Origin: Bdellovibrionales bacterium
GTDB taxonomy: Bacteria; Bdellovibrionota; Bdellovibrionia; Bdellovibrionales; UBA1609
Assembly (NCBI GenBank): GCA_965205945.1
Contig: CBDBIB010000002.1
Span: 32,001 to 96,000 of the forward strand
DNA length: 64,000 nt
Reading direction: 5' to 3'
Below are positions 1 through 10,200 of the stretch, piece after piece. Positions within the stretch are counted from its first letter, which is position 1; every line of letters starts with the position of its first letter. The translations under genes were made by a program, and so were the position numbers. The notes under the pieces were generated by a model that ran no database searches, had not been told where the DNA came from, and saw only the letters and a list, made by a program, of their open reading frames with translations.

Positions 1-1241
1 AAAAATTCCCAGTTTTTTTGTCTAAAAGTATTATCTAATTTATCTAAAGTCTTCCAATTTTTAAAATAGTGTTCTGTTCTACAATCGTTTGCAGTGCTTG
101 GTAAAGAAATATCTATATCTAGACCGTTTTGATGACTCCTATGTGTTTTAAAATAACTACCGTTTTTAAGAGATAAATCATTTATACATATGGGAGCTTT
201 TGGATGTAAGCGGTTAAATTCCTCTGAGATATACTCAACTGTTTTTATTAAAAGACCTGAGGCGTACTGCTTATTTCTTCTTTGTGGATTAATTTTAGAA
301 CCTTTAAGGCGAGATGGGAGTTGTGTTGAATGTATTATTTTACCATATTTATCATGATGTTTAGAATAAAAATATTTGGACTGATTAAAAGTAGTTGTTT
401 GTATTTCTTTTAAAAGTACATTGCCAAAATCTTTCTTGTATTGTAGCAGGTCGTAAGTTTCTGCTGAGTTAATATTAAAACCCTTTTGTGCTGTATTTTC
501 ACCAATATTTGGAAATATAAATCTACCAGCTCCAACAGCTGTACTTTCACTATCAATAATAATTGTGTTCTCACTATTAATTTCAGGATTAGTTATGGTA
601 GGGCTTGGTAAAGGTTTTGGAGTAGAAGGTTCTTTTGAAAAAATTAGAGTTTCTTCAGGGGCTAATATTGAATTTTTAGTTTCATTAGAATTGTCTGCTC
701 TAAACTGCTCAGTAATTTTAAGATCATTTACAAAATAAGCGATTTCAAGGGCAAGCTCATTACATGTGACTTTATTATCATCTAAGCACATGCCTTGGAG
801 TGTCACTATTTTTTTTGAAAAACCTGAGGATTTAGTAAATAAAAAATGCTTTTCATGGTTCTTAGGGGTTAAAAAAGTAATGGATTCTAAAATGCCATTA
901 TAAGTGATATCTAGAGTGACTTTTTTTTGACCATTATTTTTAAAAAGTACTCTAGGGTTTGAAAAAGTAATTTTCTCATGGTTTAACTCGTTTAGCTTTA
1001 CCTTTGTTTTTTCTGCTCTATTTCTTTGAATTTCCTCTTCTAACTTCCTAATAAAAGAGTTTTTAGAGTAAAGTGAGGTAATGGGAAGCAGCTCAATAGT
1101 GGGCTCTCCTTGGGCGTTTATTTGAATATGAGGTGCCGCTTTTGAGCGAGTAAAGCTATTAGAAGAGGGATTATTTTCAGCACAGCTGGCTAGAAAGAAT
1201 AAAAAGATTAGAATAAAGCCTATTATTAGGTTGTAAGGCAT
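1..1241 (-). CDS. mepA: MepA-family (peptidase M74) murein endopeptidase lipoprotein, 3' end runs off window
   Basis: Not in ORF track. Manual translation from ATG 1241 (GGAG upstream; alternative ATG 1247) gives signal peptide with lipobox LASC. In the same frame, 111-143 reads HRSHQNGLDID, the MepA HxSHQxGLDxD zinc motif. The middle of the frame was only spot-checked. Confidence 0.75.
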   Translation of the reverse strand, partial: MPYNLIIGFILIFLFFLASCAENNPSSNSFTRSKAAPHIQINAQGEPTIELLPITSLYSKNSFIRKLEEEIQRNRAEKTKVKLNELNHEKITFSNPRVLFKNNGQKKVTLDITYNGILESITFLTPKNHEKHFLFTKSSGFSKKIVTLQGMCLDDNKVTCNELALEIAYFVNDLKITEQFRADNSNETKNSILAPEETLIFSKEPSTPKPLPSPTITNPEINSENTIIIDSESTAVGAGRFIFPNIGENTAQKGFNINSAETYDLLQYKKDFGNVLLKEIQTTTFNQSKYFYSKHHDKYGKIIHSTQLPSRLKGSKINPQRRNKQYASGLLIKTVEYISEEFNRLHPKAPICINDLSLKNGSYFKTHRSHQNGLDIDISLPSTANDCRTEHYFKNWKTLDKLDNTFRQKNWEF

Positions 1242-1259
1242 TTTCATCTCCATTTAATG

Positions 1260-1276
1260 AGCAATATGGGTGCCAA
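1260..1276 (-). promoter_or_regulatory. sigma54 (-24/-12) promoter upstream of mepA-like gene
   Basis: Minus strand reads TTGGCAC-CCATA-TTGCT, matching TGGCAC-N5-TTGCW. Confidence 0.65.
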
Positions 1277-1280
1277 GCCG

Positions 1281-2129
1281 TTATTTAGAAAATTTTATGG
1301 TTCTAGCAAGTCCTAAGTAAACACTAATGGAGTTCATTTTAACAGTGTCTGAAGATGGATATAAGCCATACTCAAGCCATAAAGGAACATAAATCTTGTT
1401 AGATATTAAAATATCTATACCTGCTCCAGCCTGCATGAAAATGGCCGTTGTAAGGTCTTCTTTATTTAAGGCCGTTGTACTGTTGGGAATAGGATTAAAT
1501 AAAATACCTAACCCCAAACCTGCCCAAAAGTTATATTTGCCTTTGTTAAAATGGTAGCGAGGCCAAATATCTAGATTTGTAAAGGTTAAGTCCACTTTGC
1601 AAACAGCTTTAGAAGTATTATTTTGCTTTATACATTGAGTGTTGCTTGTATCTTCAGAATAAAAAGCCTGCTGTCCTAAAGAAGTTCTTAGATAAAGTTT
1701 TTTATGAAGCTTAAAATCTAGAAGTAGTTCAGAAGAAATGCTAGTTCCCGTATAAGAATCTAAACGAGGAGAATCGTTTTTAAAAAGCACATCAGAAGAG
1801 TTATTATTAAAACCTAGGGCAAAGCCTATGGCCAGCTTTCTGTCTTTAATTTTTTTAATTGGAATATTGCGTTTTTTTAAAGTCCAATTAGCTAAAGCCT
1901 TTCCTTTAAGAAGTCTTGCTAAAGCTTGATCTTTTTTAAGTTTCACTATCCTAACAATACCTTTTTTTTTCCCATTAGACATGAGGTAATAGAGTTTACC
2001 TATTTGAATATTATCATCATCAGTATCAATTAAGACAGCAGATCCCTTTACTTTTAGAACTTGGGCGGGAAAAGAAGATATAGAAAAACTTAAGCTTAAT
2101 ATAAAAAGTAGCATAAGTATATAACGCAT
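1281..2129 (-). CDS. outer-membrane beta-barrel protein with small N-terminal domain
   Basis: Start revised to ATG 2129 (AGGAGG upstream); signal peptide; C-terminal half has alternating amphipathic strands with aromatic residues. Confidence 0.6.
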   Translation of the reverse strand: MRYILMLLFILSLSFSISSFPAQVLKVKGSAVLIDTDDDNIQIGKLYYLMSNGKKKGIVRIVKLKKDQALARLLKGKALANWTLKKRNIPIKKIKDRKLAIGFALGFNNNSSDVLFKNDSPRLDSYTGTSISSELLLDFKLHKKLYLRTSLGQQAFYSEDTSNTQCIKQNNTSKAVCKVDLTFTNLDIWPRYHFNKGKYNFWAGLGLGILFNPIPNSTTALNKEDLTTAIFMQAGAGIDILISNKIYVPLWLEYGLYPSSDTVKMNSISVYLGLARTIKFSK

Positions 2130-2239
2130 AAAGAAGCCTCCTGTTTTTGATAACAAGTTTATTATAACTCTGTATCTCTTAGGAGGTCTTGCTTTTCTTC
2201 TTAAACTAGACTGCTTAAAAGGCTTAATCTAAGGTTTTA

Positions 2240-2683
2240 TTAAAATGGGATTTCTTCGTTTGAAGATTTAAAATCAGGCTCTGGTGCAAAGTCAGTAAAA
2301 GGGTTGTCATTAACAGAAGGGCTATCAAGGTTAGTCGAGCTTGATGCTTGGGGGCTGCCTCCAATAAACTGAACGTTTGTTGCAACAACTTCTGTAGTGT
2401 ATTTTTTATTTCCTTGCTGGTCTTCCCATGAGCGAGTTTGAAGTCGCCCTTCAACAAAAACTTGACGACCTTTAGCTAAATATTTGCCGCATACGTCAGC
2501 AAGCTTTCCCCAAACAACAACTCTGTGCCACTCAGTTTTTTCTTGTTTTTGGCCTTCCTTGTCTTTCCAAACTTCACTTGTTGCAAGACTAAATGTGCAA
2601 ACAGTGTTACCAGAACTTATATTTTTTGTTTCAGGGTCTGAACCTAATCTACCTAAAACAATTACTTTATTAACACCAGACAT
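2240..2683 (-). CDS. ssb: single-stranded DNA-binding protein
   Basis: [26 protein letters not shown], acidic tail ending EIPF. Confidence 0.98.
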   Translation of the reverse strand: MSGVNKVIVLGRLGSDPETKNISSGNTVCTFSLATSEVWKDKEGQKQEKTEWHRVVVWGKLADVCGKYLAKGRQVFVEGRLQTRSWEDQQGNKKYTTEVVATNVQFIGGSPQASSSTNLDSPSVNDNPFTDFAPEPDFKSSNEEIPF

Positions 2684-2831
2684 ACGTATTTCTCCTTATT
2701 TGAAAGTTTTATGTGTTACAGTGGCATATTGCAAGTAGACAGCATCACTAAACTTAATTTTATTTGCAAGTCATTGCGCTTTAAGACGGACGCGCCCAAA
2801 AATTAAGCCTTTATATAAATTTGTTTAGTAT

Positions 2832-3854
2832 TTATTCAAAGGAGTTTAGGCGAAAGAATCTAGGTGATCTAAAGCTTTGCTCTAAATTACCTTGGATGGT
2901 AAAGAGGTACTTTGCTCCTCCTTGAGGGAGCTTAATAATATTAACATTTTGAGGATTTATAAAGGACTGTAGGTCTGTGGCTAATGCTCTTTGAAAGGTT
3001 GCATTTAATTCAAGCTCAATACGAAACTCATAGTTTCTACAGGCTTGAGATATATTTTGACCAGACTTATGAAATAAACAGGTAATAAACCCTTTATACC
3101 GACCGTTAATAGGGGAGGACTTAGTTCCTAAAGTCCCCCTAGTAACTGTTATTTTTCCTTTTTCTATTTTTCCAAAAAGATTTGAATTCTCCCAAATAAC
3201 TTTTTTAGGAAGAGGGATATCGCCTATACTTGGGATATGTATGGTTGCAGGGATCACAATTTTTTCTATGTTAAATTTAAAATTACCTTTAGGCTGAACT
3301 CTAAAACTGTCTTCACCTTCAATAAAAAAATTCCCATTAAGATTTCCTGTTAGTTTGTAGGCAAGATTTTGAAAATCAATTAGATCTGCTAAAGAGATAT
3401 TTTTTAAATCTGAAGATAAGATAAATTTTTGAGTTTTTTCTTCGGTTTTTCCATTTAGACTTAGATTTAGATTTGCAAAACCAGAAAAAAAACCAGAAAG
3501 AAGAAGGGAGCCTCCAGGTTGAAATTTTAAGAGAGAAAAAATATTTGGTCGAAGAGTGATGTTTTTAATCTTAAGAGGTTTTTTAAAAGACTTTATAGAA
3601 AGTTCAAAATCAGAAGTTTGTATGCCAAAGGGTACAAGGTTTAAATTAATATTAGAATAATCAACAGATCCATTTAAAGGTTTCATAATTTGATTTATTT
3701 GTTCTTTAGAAAAATATGTTAAATCTGAAAATGGGAAAAGAGTCATAAAAAAAAATAAAAAAGCGCATAAAAAAAAAGCTAATTTTTTCTTATGGTATAA
3801 GAGAACATTTTTAAAAGGCAGGGTAAGAGAAGCTAAGAGTTTAGATGAGGTCAT
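2832..3854 (-). CDS. gspN: type II secretion system protein GspN-like
   Basis: N-terminal TM ending TLFPF, beta-rich body; last of a GspL/M/N-like trio. Confidence 0.65.
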   Translation of the reverse strand: MTSSKLLASLTLPFKNVLLYHKKKLAFFLCAFLFFFMTLFPFSDLTYFSKEQINQIMKPLNGSVDYSNINLNLVPFGIQTSDFELSIKSFKKPLKIKNITLRPNIFSLLKFQPGGSLLLSGFFSGFANLNLSLNGKTEEKTQKFILSSDLKNISLADLIDFQNLAYKLTGNLNGNFFIEGEDSFRVQPKGNFKFNIEKIVIPATIHIPSIGDIPLPKKVIWENSNLFGKIEKGKITVTRGTLGTKSSPINGRYKGFITCLFHKSGQNISQACRNYEFRIELELNATFQRALATDLQSFINPQNVNIIKLPQGGAKYLFTIQGNLEQSFRSPRFFRLNSFE

Positions 3855-4528
3855 TACTTTTTACCTCGTCTAGATTTTATAGGTTTTTTAATTTCAGGGC
3901 TTGGTAAAATATCAGAAGCAGGTTTAACAAATAAATTAGCTATAGTGATTAAACCATCAAAATAAGAAGGGTTTTCAGGATTAGCTTTAAGTTCAATGGA
4001 TTCAATGAGTAGGGATTTATTAAGCTTTTGAAGACTATAAGTCAGAGCTGAGAATTGATTTATATTAGTTTTCTTTGTTTGAATATTAAAATTATTTTGA
4101 TTTGCTGAAAGGATAATTTTAGAGCTAGCTTTACTAGAAGTTACTGAAATTTGATCTGGTAAGAAATTTATTGAATATGCATTTCCTAGGTCACTTACTT
4201 TTGTTTTTAAATCTGCTAATTGATACTTTTTAGGTGTTTGAGAGGTGAATTTAGATTTTTTTTGAAAAGAAATAATTTTTTGAGTAAGCTTTTTTTGTTC
4301 TTCAAAAAAAATCATATTTTCTACAGAGGTTTGGTAGTTTGTAATAGGTTTTATAAGAGTTAAAATGAGAATTAAAAAGCAGGCTGTTGTAATCAATAGC
4401 TTTTGAGTAAAAGGAGAGAATGAACTGAATTTGTTTCTTAAAGAATCAAAAGTAGAGCTTTCTTGAACCTGAGAGACAATAGATTGAAAGTATTCATTAA
4501 TCTGGTCAATTATATTTTCAAAAAACAT
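3854..4528 (-). CDS. type II secretion system GspM-like membrane protein
   Basis: Single TM near N-terminus, coiled region, located between GspL-like and GspN-like genes. Confidence 0.5.
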   Translation of the reverse strand: MFFENIIDQINEYFQSIVSQVQESSTFDSLRNKFSSFSPFTQKLLITTACFLILILTLIKPITNYQTSVENMIFFEEQKKLTQKIISFQKKSKFTSQTPKKYQLADLKTKVSDLGNAYSINFLPDQISVTSSKASSKIILSANQNNFNIQTKKTNINQFSALTYSLQKLNKSLLIESIELKANPENPSYFDGLITIANLFVKPASDILPSPEIKKPIKSRRGKK

Positions 4529-4531
4529 AAG

Positions 4532-6217
4532 TTACAGTCCTTTTTTGGGTTTAAAGGTTATTGTAAAATTAATTTTGCCATTATTCCCAGAGCTCTCAGT
4601 TTTTAAAATTTTACCAGAGCTAAGACTTTTTAGTTTATTTGAAAAAACTTGGAGTTCATTTCTAGCGGTTGTTGTTCCCTGAATTCGCACAAGATTTTTG
4701 TTTATTTTAAAGTTTGTAATATCCATTGGGAGTTTACTTCTTGAAGAGGCTTTTTCAGAAATACTTTTTAAAGTAAGCAGAGGAGCATTTGCAGATTGTT
4801 TTGTTTTTTTAATAATTTTTAATTTTATAGATTCTCGGGTTTTAAGATCAGCAAAAAGCTTTTTAAGTTTTTGTTTTGTGGCATTATTTTTTTGAATTTG
4901 AAAAACATTAGAGGCAGCAGTTTTCATATTCTGTTTGGTTTGAGAAGTGAGTTCTTCAGATATAGAGTTTCTTAGAAATGAATATATAAAAAAAATAAGA
5001 ATAGATGCGGCCACTAAATTAATATAAAAGCCCCATGAACTCCAAAGGGCTTTAAAGGAAGCGTTTTCTTTTGAAAATTCTTCTCGTCTAAAATTTATAG
5101 CCGGGTTTTTAGGTCTTTTATATGCCTCAAGCGCAAGACCTATTGCTACTCCCATAGAAAGGTGGTTTTTAGAGTTGCGAGTAATATCGATCTCAGGGTG
5201 ATTTTTAATTTTTGAAATTTTATTACAGGGAGTTAAAGTAAATTCAGTTAACTTAGGCCCTAAGTTATGTAGTGAGGCTAAGCCACCCATTAAACCAAGG
5301 CCTTTAATATCTACAGAGTTTACACCCTTAATTTCTAAAAAGGTAAGCTTTAAGATTCTGCCAAGCTGTGCAATTTCATTAGATAATATATTTGAAAATT
5401 CTAAATCGCTTTTTAATCCAGATTGAGTGTTTAAAAATATACCTTTTGAAGCTTTAAGATTTGTTAAAGCCTCAGTTTCTTGAATATTTTTTTCTTTGGC
5501 CACAGCCTTAGCTAAATTTAAAGCACCCCAGTTGATTCTTCGAATATTACATAAACTGCCCTTGCTTCTAACAATTAAAATAGATGAAGAGTGACCAACA
5601 TTTAAAATGGCTTCTCCATTTTCTAAAATAGTATTGTCTGGGATTAAATTTTTAGAAATTTCTTCAGGTTCTAAATTTTCATCCCAGTTTTTATCTAAAT
5701 CTACTTGAGGGGGAGCTGCTAAAATATCTTCAAAAAGGTTGTTTAAAGCAAAACCTTCTAAAGAAATTATCTTAGGGTTTATTTGAATATCTGATGAAAG
5801 GGTTAAGTAAGATTTTATAAGCTCTTTTGGTGCTGCAATAGAGAGGACTTCTGATCCATTTTGTAGCAGTTTAATAATCTTACCCTCAAAAATAGCGTCA
5901 TATGAAGAAAAGGGTATAAGATCCTCAAGTTCAAAAGGTAAACTTTTTAAAATTTTAAACTTTTCTTTAAAAGGAAAGAAAAGACTTCGAGTGCTTATTT
6001 TATCTTGAGGTAGACCGAGTACAAAAGTAGTATACTCTTTATTATAACTAACAAGAATATCTTTTAAAGTTGTTATAAGTTCAATCTGTTTATCGACACC
6101 AGGTTTTTGAGAAAGAGGATACTCATGTAGTTTTGTTACTAAAATTGAGGAGCCTGATCTTTCAAGGTCAGCAATTTTAATACTGTAAGAACCAATGTCT
6201 ATGCCAATAGTTTTCAA
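4532..6217 (-). CDS. gspL: GspL/PilM-like actin-fold T2SS assembly protein
   Basis: IGIDIGSYSIK PilM/actin-like start, LPFELEDLIPF, INFRREEF followed by TM and periplasmic tail. Confidence 0.75.
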   Translation of the reverse strand: MKTIGIDIGSYSIKIADLERSGSSILVTKLHEYPLSQKPGVDKQIELITTLKDILVSYNKEYTTFVLGLPQDKISTRSLFFPFKEKFKILKSLPFELEDLIPFSSYDAIFEGKIIKLLQNGSEVLSIAAPKELIKSYLTLSSDIQINPKIISLEGFALNNLFEDILAAPPQVDLDKNWDENLEPEEISKNLIPDNTILENGEAILNVGHSSSILIVRSKGSLCNIRRINWGALNLAKAVAKEKNIQETEALTNLKASKGIFLNTQSGLKSDLEFSNILSNEIAQLGRILKLTFLEIKGVNSVDIKGLGLMGGLASLHNLGPKLTEFTLTPCNKISKIKNHPEIDITRNSKNHLSMGVAIGLALEAYKRPKNPAINFRREEFSKENASFKALWSSWGFYINLVAASILIFFIYSFLRNSISEELTSQTKQNMKTAASNVFQIQKNNATKQKLKKLFADLKTRESIKLKIIKKTKQSANAPLLTLKSISEKASSRSKLPMDITNFKINKNLVRIQGTTTARNELQVFSNKLKSLSSGKILKTESSGNNGKINFTITFKPKKGL

Positions 6218-6810
6218 GATGAAACCCTCTCTATAAATATCTTCTTAAATTTAGAATGAAAAGTCTACTTATTTGGCACAAAGCTTTTATAGTAGTATTT
6301 AAAAAAATGTTATCTTATATTTATATAGCTTATACAGCGTTTTCCTTTTTAATATTTTAAAAATCAGGTTTATAAAAACAAGGTATACATTATGTGCATT
6401 TTCTATGAAAGACTTAATACCTTTGACCTTTGGGTTTGAAAAATTAGCTAATGTTTTTTGACAAGATTAAATATGGCTCAACATTAATATATATCTAAAC
6501 TATAATAGAATTTTTTTAAAGATTTTTAGATGAAATAAAGTTAGGTCAAAAGTCTAGATTTCTTAAAAGGCTTTTAAAGGCTTAAAGAGTCTGCACTTTT
6601 AAAAATACCTTAAGTAAATATTTTAGAAAATTAATAATAAAAAAATATCAGCTTGATTACTAAAGACTATATCAAAAAACTAGAGTAAAGCTTTTTGTCT
6701 TTTAAAGATAGAACAAAGCTTATTATCAATAGATATTAAAGAGCAGGGCCATACTTTTAAAGGCGAGTTTACAGATTTTAGTATAAAAACTTTAAATAAA
6801 AGTCTTACTT

Positions 6811-7617
6811 TTAGTAGATTTTCCATGAAAACAAAACATTAAAAGTATGGTTAACATCTTGCTTTCTAACAAAATCAGCATTTTTATTTTGTTTTTGTTG
6901 AATTGTAGACATTTTATAAAAAGGAATTAATCTTCCATTCCAGGGAAGTATTGGAAAGAAACTGCCTAAAGAATAAGTGATATGACCAAGGCCACTCACA
7001 CCTTCAGGCCCATAAGTGTATTGATTAGAAATTTTATCCCCAATACCAAAATCTATTTTAAGAGTTATATATTTTAAAATACCAGTATTAAAGCTTATAC
7101 TAACATAGTTGCCTAAGTGACCATTGATATCTTTATGGTAATCTAGAGAAAAACCAAAGAGCATTTTATATTTATATTCATATTTAAGACTTGTTTCCCA
7201 AGTTGAAGGTCGTTTGCTTTTGTAGTCTTCTTTCTTCTTTCTTCCAAGTAAAATTGCGAGACCTTTTTGAGGTTGATCATTAAAGTAATAGGTAGAGGTT
7301 GAAAGTTTATGCCTTTTTCCAAAGTTTTTTGTATAAGTAAATCCTGGACCTTTAAACGTAATCTTATTAAAAAGAGTAATTCTGGGACCAAGAAAGATAA
7401 GTGGAGTGTCAGAAATTAAGGCTCCACGATAGATCCTACTATTTATAAAGATTAAACCAAAACTAAGTTTAAAGTTTTTTTTTGATGGAGAGGGTTTTAC
7501 TTCTATATCACTTTTTAATGCTTTTAAAGAAAGATTAAGTTTTTTTATAGTCGTTTCATTTTCAGCCATACTTGTAATAGAAAATATAGTAAGTATTAAA
7601 AAACCAGGTAATTTCAT
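6811..7617 (-). CDS. MipA/OmpV-like outer-membrane protein
   Basis: Signal peptide, IYRGA N-terminal motif, NQYTYG, beta-strand pattern ending FSWKIY. Confidence 0.5.
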   Translation of the reverse strand: MKLPGFLILTIFSITSMAENETTIKKLNLSLKALKSDIEVKPSPSKKNFKLSFGLIFINSRIYRGALISDTPLIFLGPRITLFNKITFKGPGFTYTKNFGKRHKLSTSTYYFNDQPQKGLAILLGRKKKEDYKSKRPSTWETSLKYEYKYKMLFGFSLDYHKDINGHLGNYVSISFNTGILKYITLKIDFGIGDKISNQYTYGPEGVSGLGHITYSLGSFFPILPWNGRLIPFYKMSTIQQKQNKNADFVRKQDVNHTFNVLFSWKIY

Positions 7618-7642
7618 ATCTATAAAGCCTTTATTATTTTTA

Positions 7643-8004
7643 GGCGCTGTTACACATGATTACTCAACCTAGACCAACAACTTAAAGATCTTCTCCCACT
7701 CACCCTAAAATAAATTTGATTTAATATACCAAGGATGGTTAGAGTGGGCCATCTTAAAAGCACGCTCATTTTTTAAGCTTACACTTAGAGCTACTCAAGG
7801 TTTTACTCAAAGTTTACTAAAGCTTTTAAAGTTTAATTTGCCAATACCAGACTATTTAACCCTTTTAAGATGCCTTAAGAAGCTAGAAATTAAGTTTGGA
7901 AAGCTAGAGCCAAAGGGCAAGAAAATTCATGTTGTCATAGATTCAACCCATTTGCTCTGTAAAATTTAAATCACAAGGCCTGTCGCTTCATGTGCAACAA
8001 AATA
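7643..8004 (+). mobile_element. internally deleted IS5-family (IS903 group) element
   Basis: 7748-7948 translates as LTLRATQGFTQSLLKLLKFNLPIPDYLTLLR...IHVVIDST, an IS903-type transposase segment. Imperfect terminal inverted repeats with core TGTT(A/G)CACATGA at 7643-7659 and 7988-8004. Confidence 0.75.
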
Positions 8005-8456
8005 AAACTTTGATTTAAATATTTTAAAAAAACTTTTTGAAAATCTTAATCTCTAGTCTATAAAGCCACCATTGGTGGCTAAACTGTTAATTTGTTTCGA
8101 TAATGACGCTTCTACATTTTAATAAACTTTAAATCAATTTTTAGCTTTAGTAATTAGTCAAGTAGCAAAAATTAAATTTAAAGAACTAAAGTTTCATTAA
8201 ATGGGTTTCTTTGCTACCAGCCTCATATCCGTGTGCTGGGTAATGCATTAAGTGGTCTTTTCTTTCCAAAAAGTAAGCACTCACTTTTACTATTTTCTAA
8301 GCTAAATTAGATAAACTATGACTAATTTTGTTACTCCTTTTGAAATAGCTTCATAGAATTTAAATTTAAATCAAACCTGCTTCATTTAAACCTCGGCCTA
8401 TAGATTGCTCTAGTCTAAAAGTACGAAGTTAAGAAATATTAAAAAAGGAGCTAGAA

Positions 8457-9104
8457 ATGGTACGTATACTAATTATAAAAACAGTTTTTTTAATGGCTTT
8501 TACAGTTTTGGCTAATCAACAAAAGATTAAAAATGATCTTGTATGGTCAGATATTGACAATAATACTTTTAAAGTAAGAAATGAAATAAGAATTCAAAGA
8601 AATTACAACTCAATCAGTGATAGTGAAGGGCTTATGCCTGTAGGATCATTTATTAAGCTTGCTCAAGACATTAACCTTAGAAAAACTCCAAATGGTGAAT
8701 TAATTAAACCTCTTTTTAGGGGTGATGAGTTTCAAGTTTTAAACGTAATCGTAGATAATAACAAAACTAGGCACTATAAGATTAAATCTAAAAAAGATTT
8801 TGGTTACCTTTATGCAGGAACTAAGGTTTCTTATTCAAAGTGGATTAAACAAACATGGTCATCTAATAACAAGATAATTGCTCAACCTGGTGATATGATT
8901 AAGGTAAGAAGAATAAAAGGCTTAAAAATTTCTAAAAAAATTAATGATAAAGATTTCTTCTACTTAATTCCAAAGAACTCAGAAGTTCGAGTTAAATCAA
9001 TAATTCAAGATAAATCAGGAAAACTATACTATAAAGTTAAGTATAAATCTAAAGCAGGGTTTGCTCAAGTTACAAACTTTAATAAGCTTGGTTATCCACT
9101 ATGA
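8457..9104 (+). CDS. secreted protein with two SH3-like domains
   Basis: Signal peptide; INLRKTPNG...HYKIK...GYLY and YYKVKY...GFA resemble bacterial SH3b; AAGGAG RBS. Confidence 0.55.
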   Translation: MVRILIIKTVFLMAFTVLANQQKIKNDLVWSDIDNNTFKVRNEIRIQRNYNSISDSEGLMPVGSFIKLAQDINLRKTPNGELIKPLFRGDEFQVLNVIVDNNKTRHYKIKSKKDFGYLYAGTKVSYSKWIKQTWSSNNKIIAQPGDMIKVRRIKGLKISKKINDKDFFYLIPKNSEVRVKSIIQDKSGKLYYKVKYKSKAGFAQVTNFNKLGYPL

Positions 9105-9334
9105 AGAGCTACGTTATTAATTTACTTTATGCAGAATAAGTGAGCTTTTTGGTAAAGATTTTAAGTTAAAGCTTCTTTTTAAAGGCATAAGATATTCTTA
9201 TACATAGCCTAGAATATATAATTTGTTTAAATTAGAGTTTTTAATGCTACTTAGACTATTAAAAATATAGAAAATAGGGCATTGTTTTAGACTTTAATCC
9301 AGTTTAGTAAGAAAAAAATATTTGGAGGATTGTT

Positions 9335-10177
9335 TTGAGAACAAGCTTAGAAAGAAAAATAAGATTACTAAAATGGTTTGTCGCTGTAGGGGTATTAGTG
9401 AGCATGGCAAGTAGAGCATTTACACAAGCAGACTCTAATGGTCAGAGTTTTTTAAATCATGCTGCTAAGAAACTAAAGCTTAATGCTTCTTTAAGTGTAT
9501 CAGCAATGAGAGGTTTTGATGAGTTTTCAGAAGAAAGCGCTTATTATCAAGGCGTAATTGGTATGAAAATTAATGAAAATTTAAAAACAGATATGAGTAT
9601 TGGTTATTCTCACCCTTTTGACTTTGATGCTAATAGAACTGATCGATGGGAAATAGAAGATGTTTTATTTAGATTGTTAAAATCTTCAATTTGGAAAAAT
9701 GATTCTAAAAGTCAGAATATTTCTTTAACTGGTTCAATATCACTTCCAACTTCGGGAACTTCAAAAGATTCAAGCCTGTATTCACAAATTAGTCTTACTA
9801 CAGGGTACACACTTAATTACAAAAAATTAACTTTTGTAGCAACACCAACAATTGTTGGTGCTCTTCATAAGTTTGATACAGCAGATGAAGAGGGTTTTGA
9901 AAAGAATTCTCCATTGGGTATTTCATTAGGTGGGTCTATTAGATATGGAGTTACTTCTAAATTGGGTTTGGCTCTAGGAGCATCAATATATTCCATGTTT
10001 AATTATGATTTTAACAATAAAAATATCCAGACTGTCTCAGGTGCAGTTGAATACTTAGTTAATAAAAAGATTTCATTATCTTTTAGTGGCAGATGGAGAA
10101 GTAAAGTGGTTACAAATAACTCACTCTTTGATGATGATGCCTCATTCGTGTCATTAGGTTTAGTTTATAATATTTAG
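9335..10177 (+). CDS. outer-membrane beta-barrel protein
   Basis: GGAGG RBS plus TTG start, signal peptide, amphipathic strands, C-terminal VSLGLVYNI. Confidence 0.6.
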   Translation: MRTSLERKIRLLKWFVAVGVLVSMASRAFTQADSNGQSFLNHAAKKLKLNASLSVSAMRGFDEFSEESAYYQGVIGMKINENLKTDMSIGYSHPFDFDANRTDRWEIEDVLFRLLKSSIWKNDSKSQNISLTGSISLPTSGTSKDSSLYSQISLTTGYTLNYKKLTFVATPTIVGALHKFDTADEEGFEKNSPLGISLGGSIRYGVTSKLGLALGASIYSMFNYDFNNKNIQTVSGAVEYLVNKKISLSFSGRWRSKVVTNNSLFDDDASFVSLGLVYNI

Positions 10178-10200
10178 AAGTTTTAATATAGGGAGTAAAA

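Noticed and set aside
6273..6290. sigma54 site TTGGCAC upstream of gspL
   Set aside because: No TTGC at -12 and it points away from the gene
6373..6400. Third dif-like site (minus strand AATGCACATAA-TGTATA-CCTTGTTTTTA)
   Set aside because: XerC arm and spacer resemble E. coli dif, but the XerD arm matches only 4/11; probably chance
6404..6418. 15-bp CTATGAAAGACTTAA shared with the intergenic region near 45409
   Set aside because: Too short and AT-rich to interpret; homology does not clearly extend
8064..8080. AGCCACC-ATT-GGTGGCT hairpin as an IS200/REP end or terminator
   Set aside because: Single copy, no T-tract and no associated transposase recognisable
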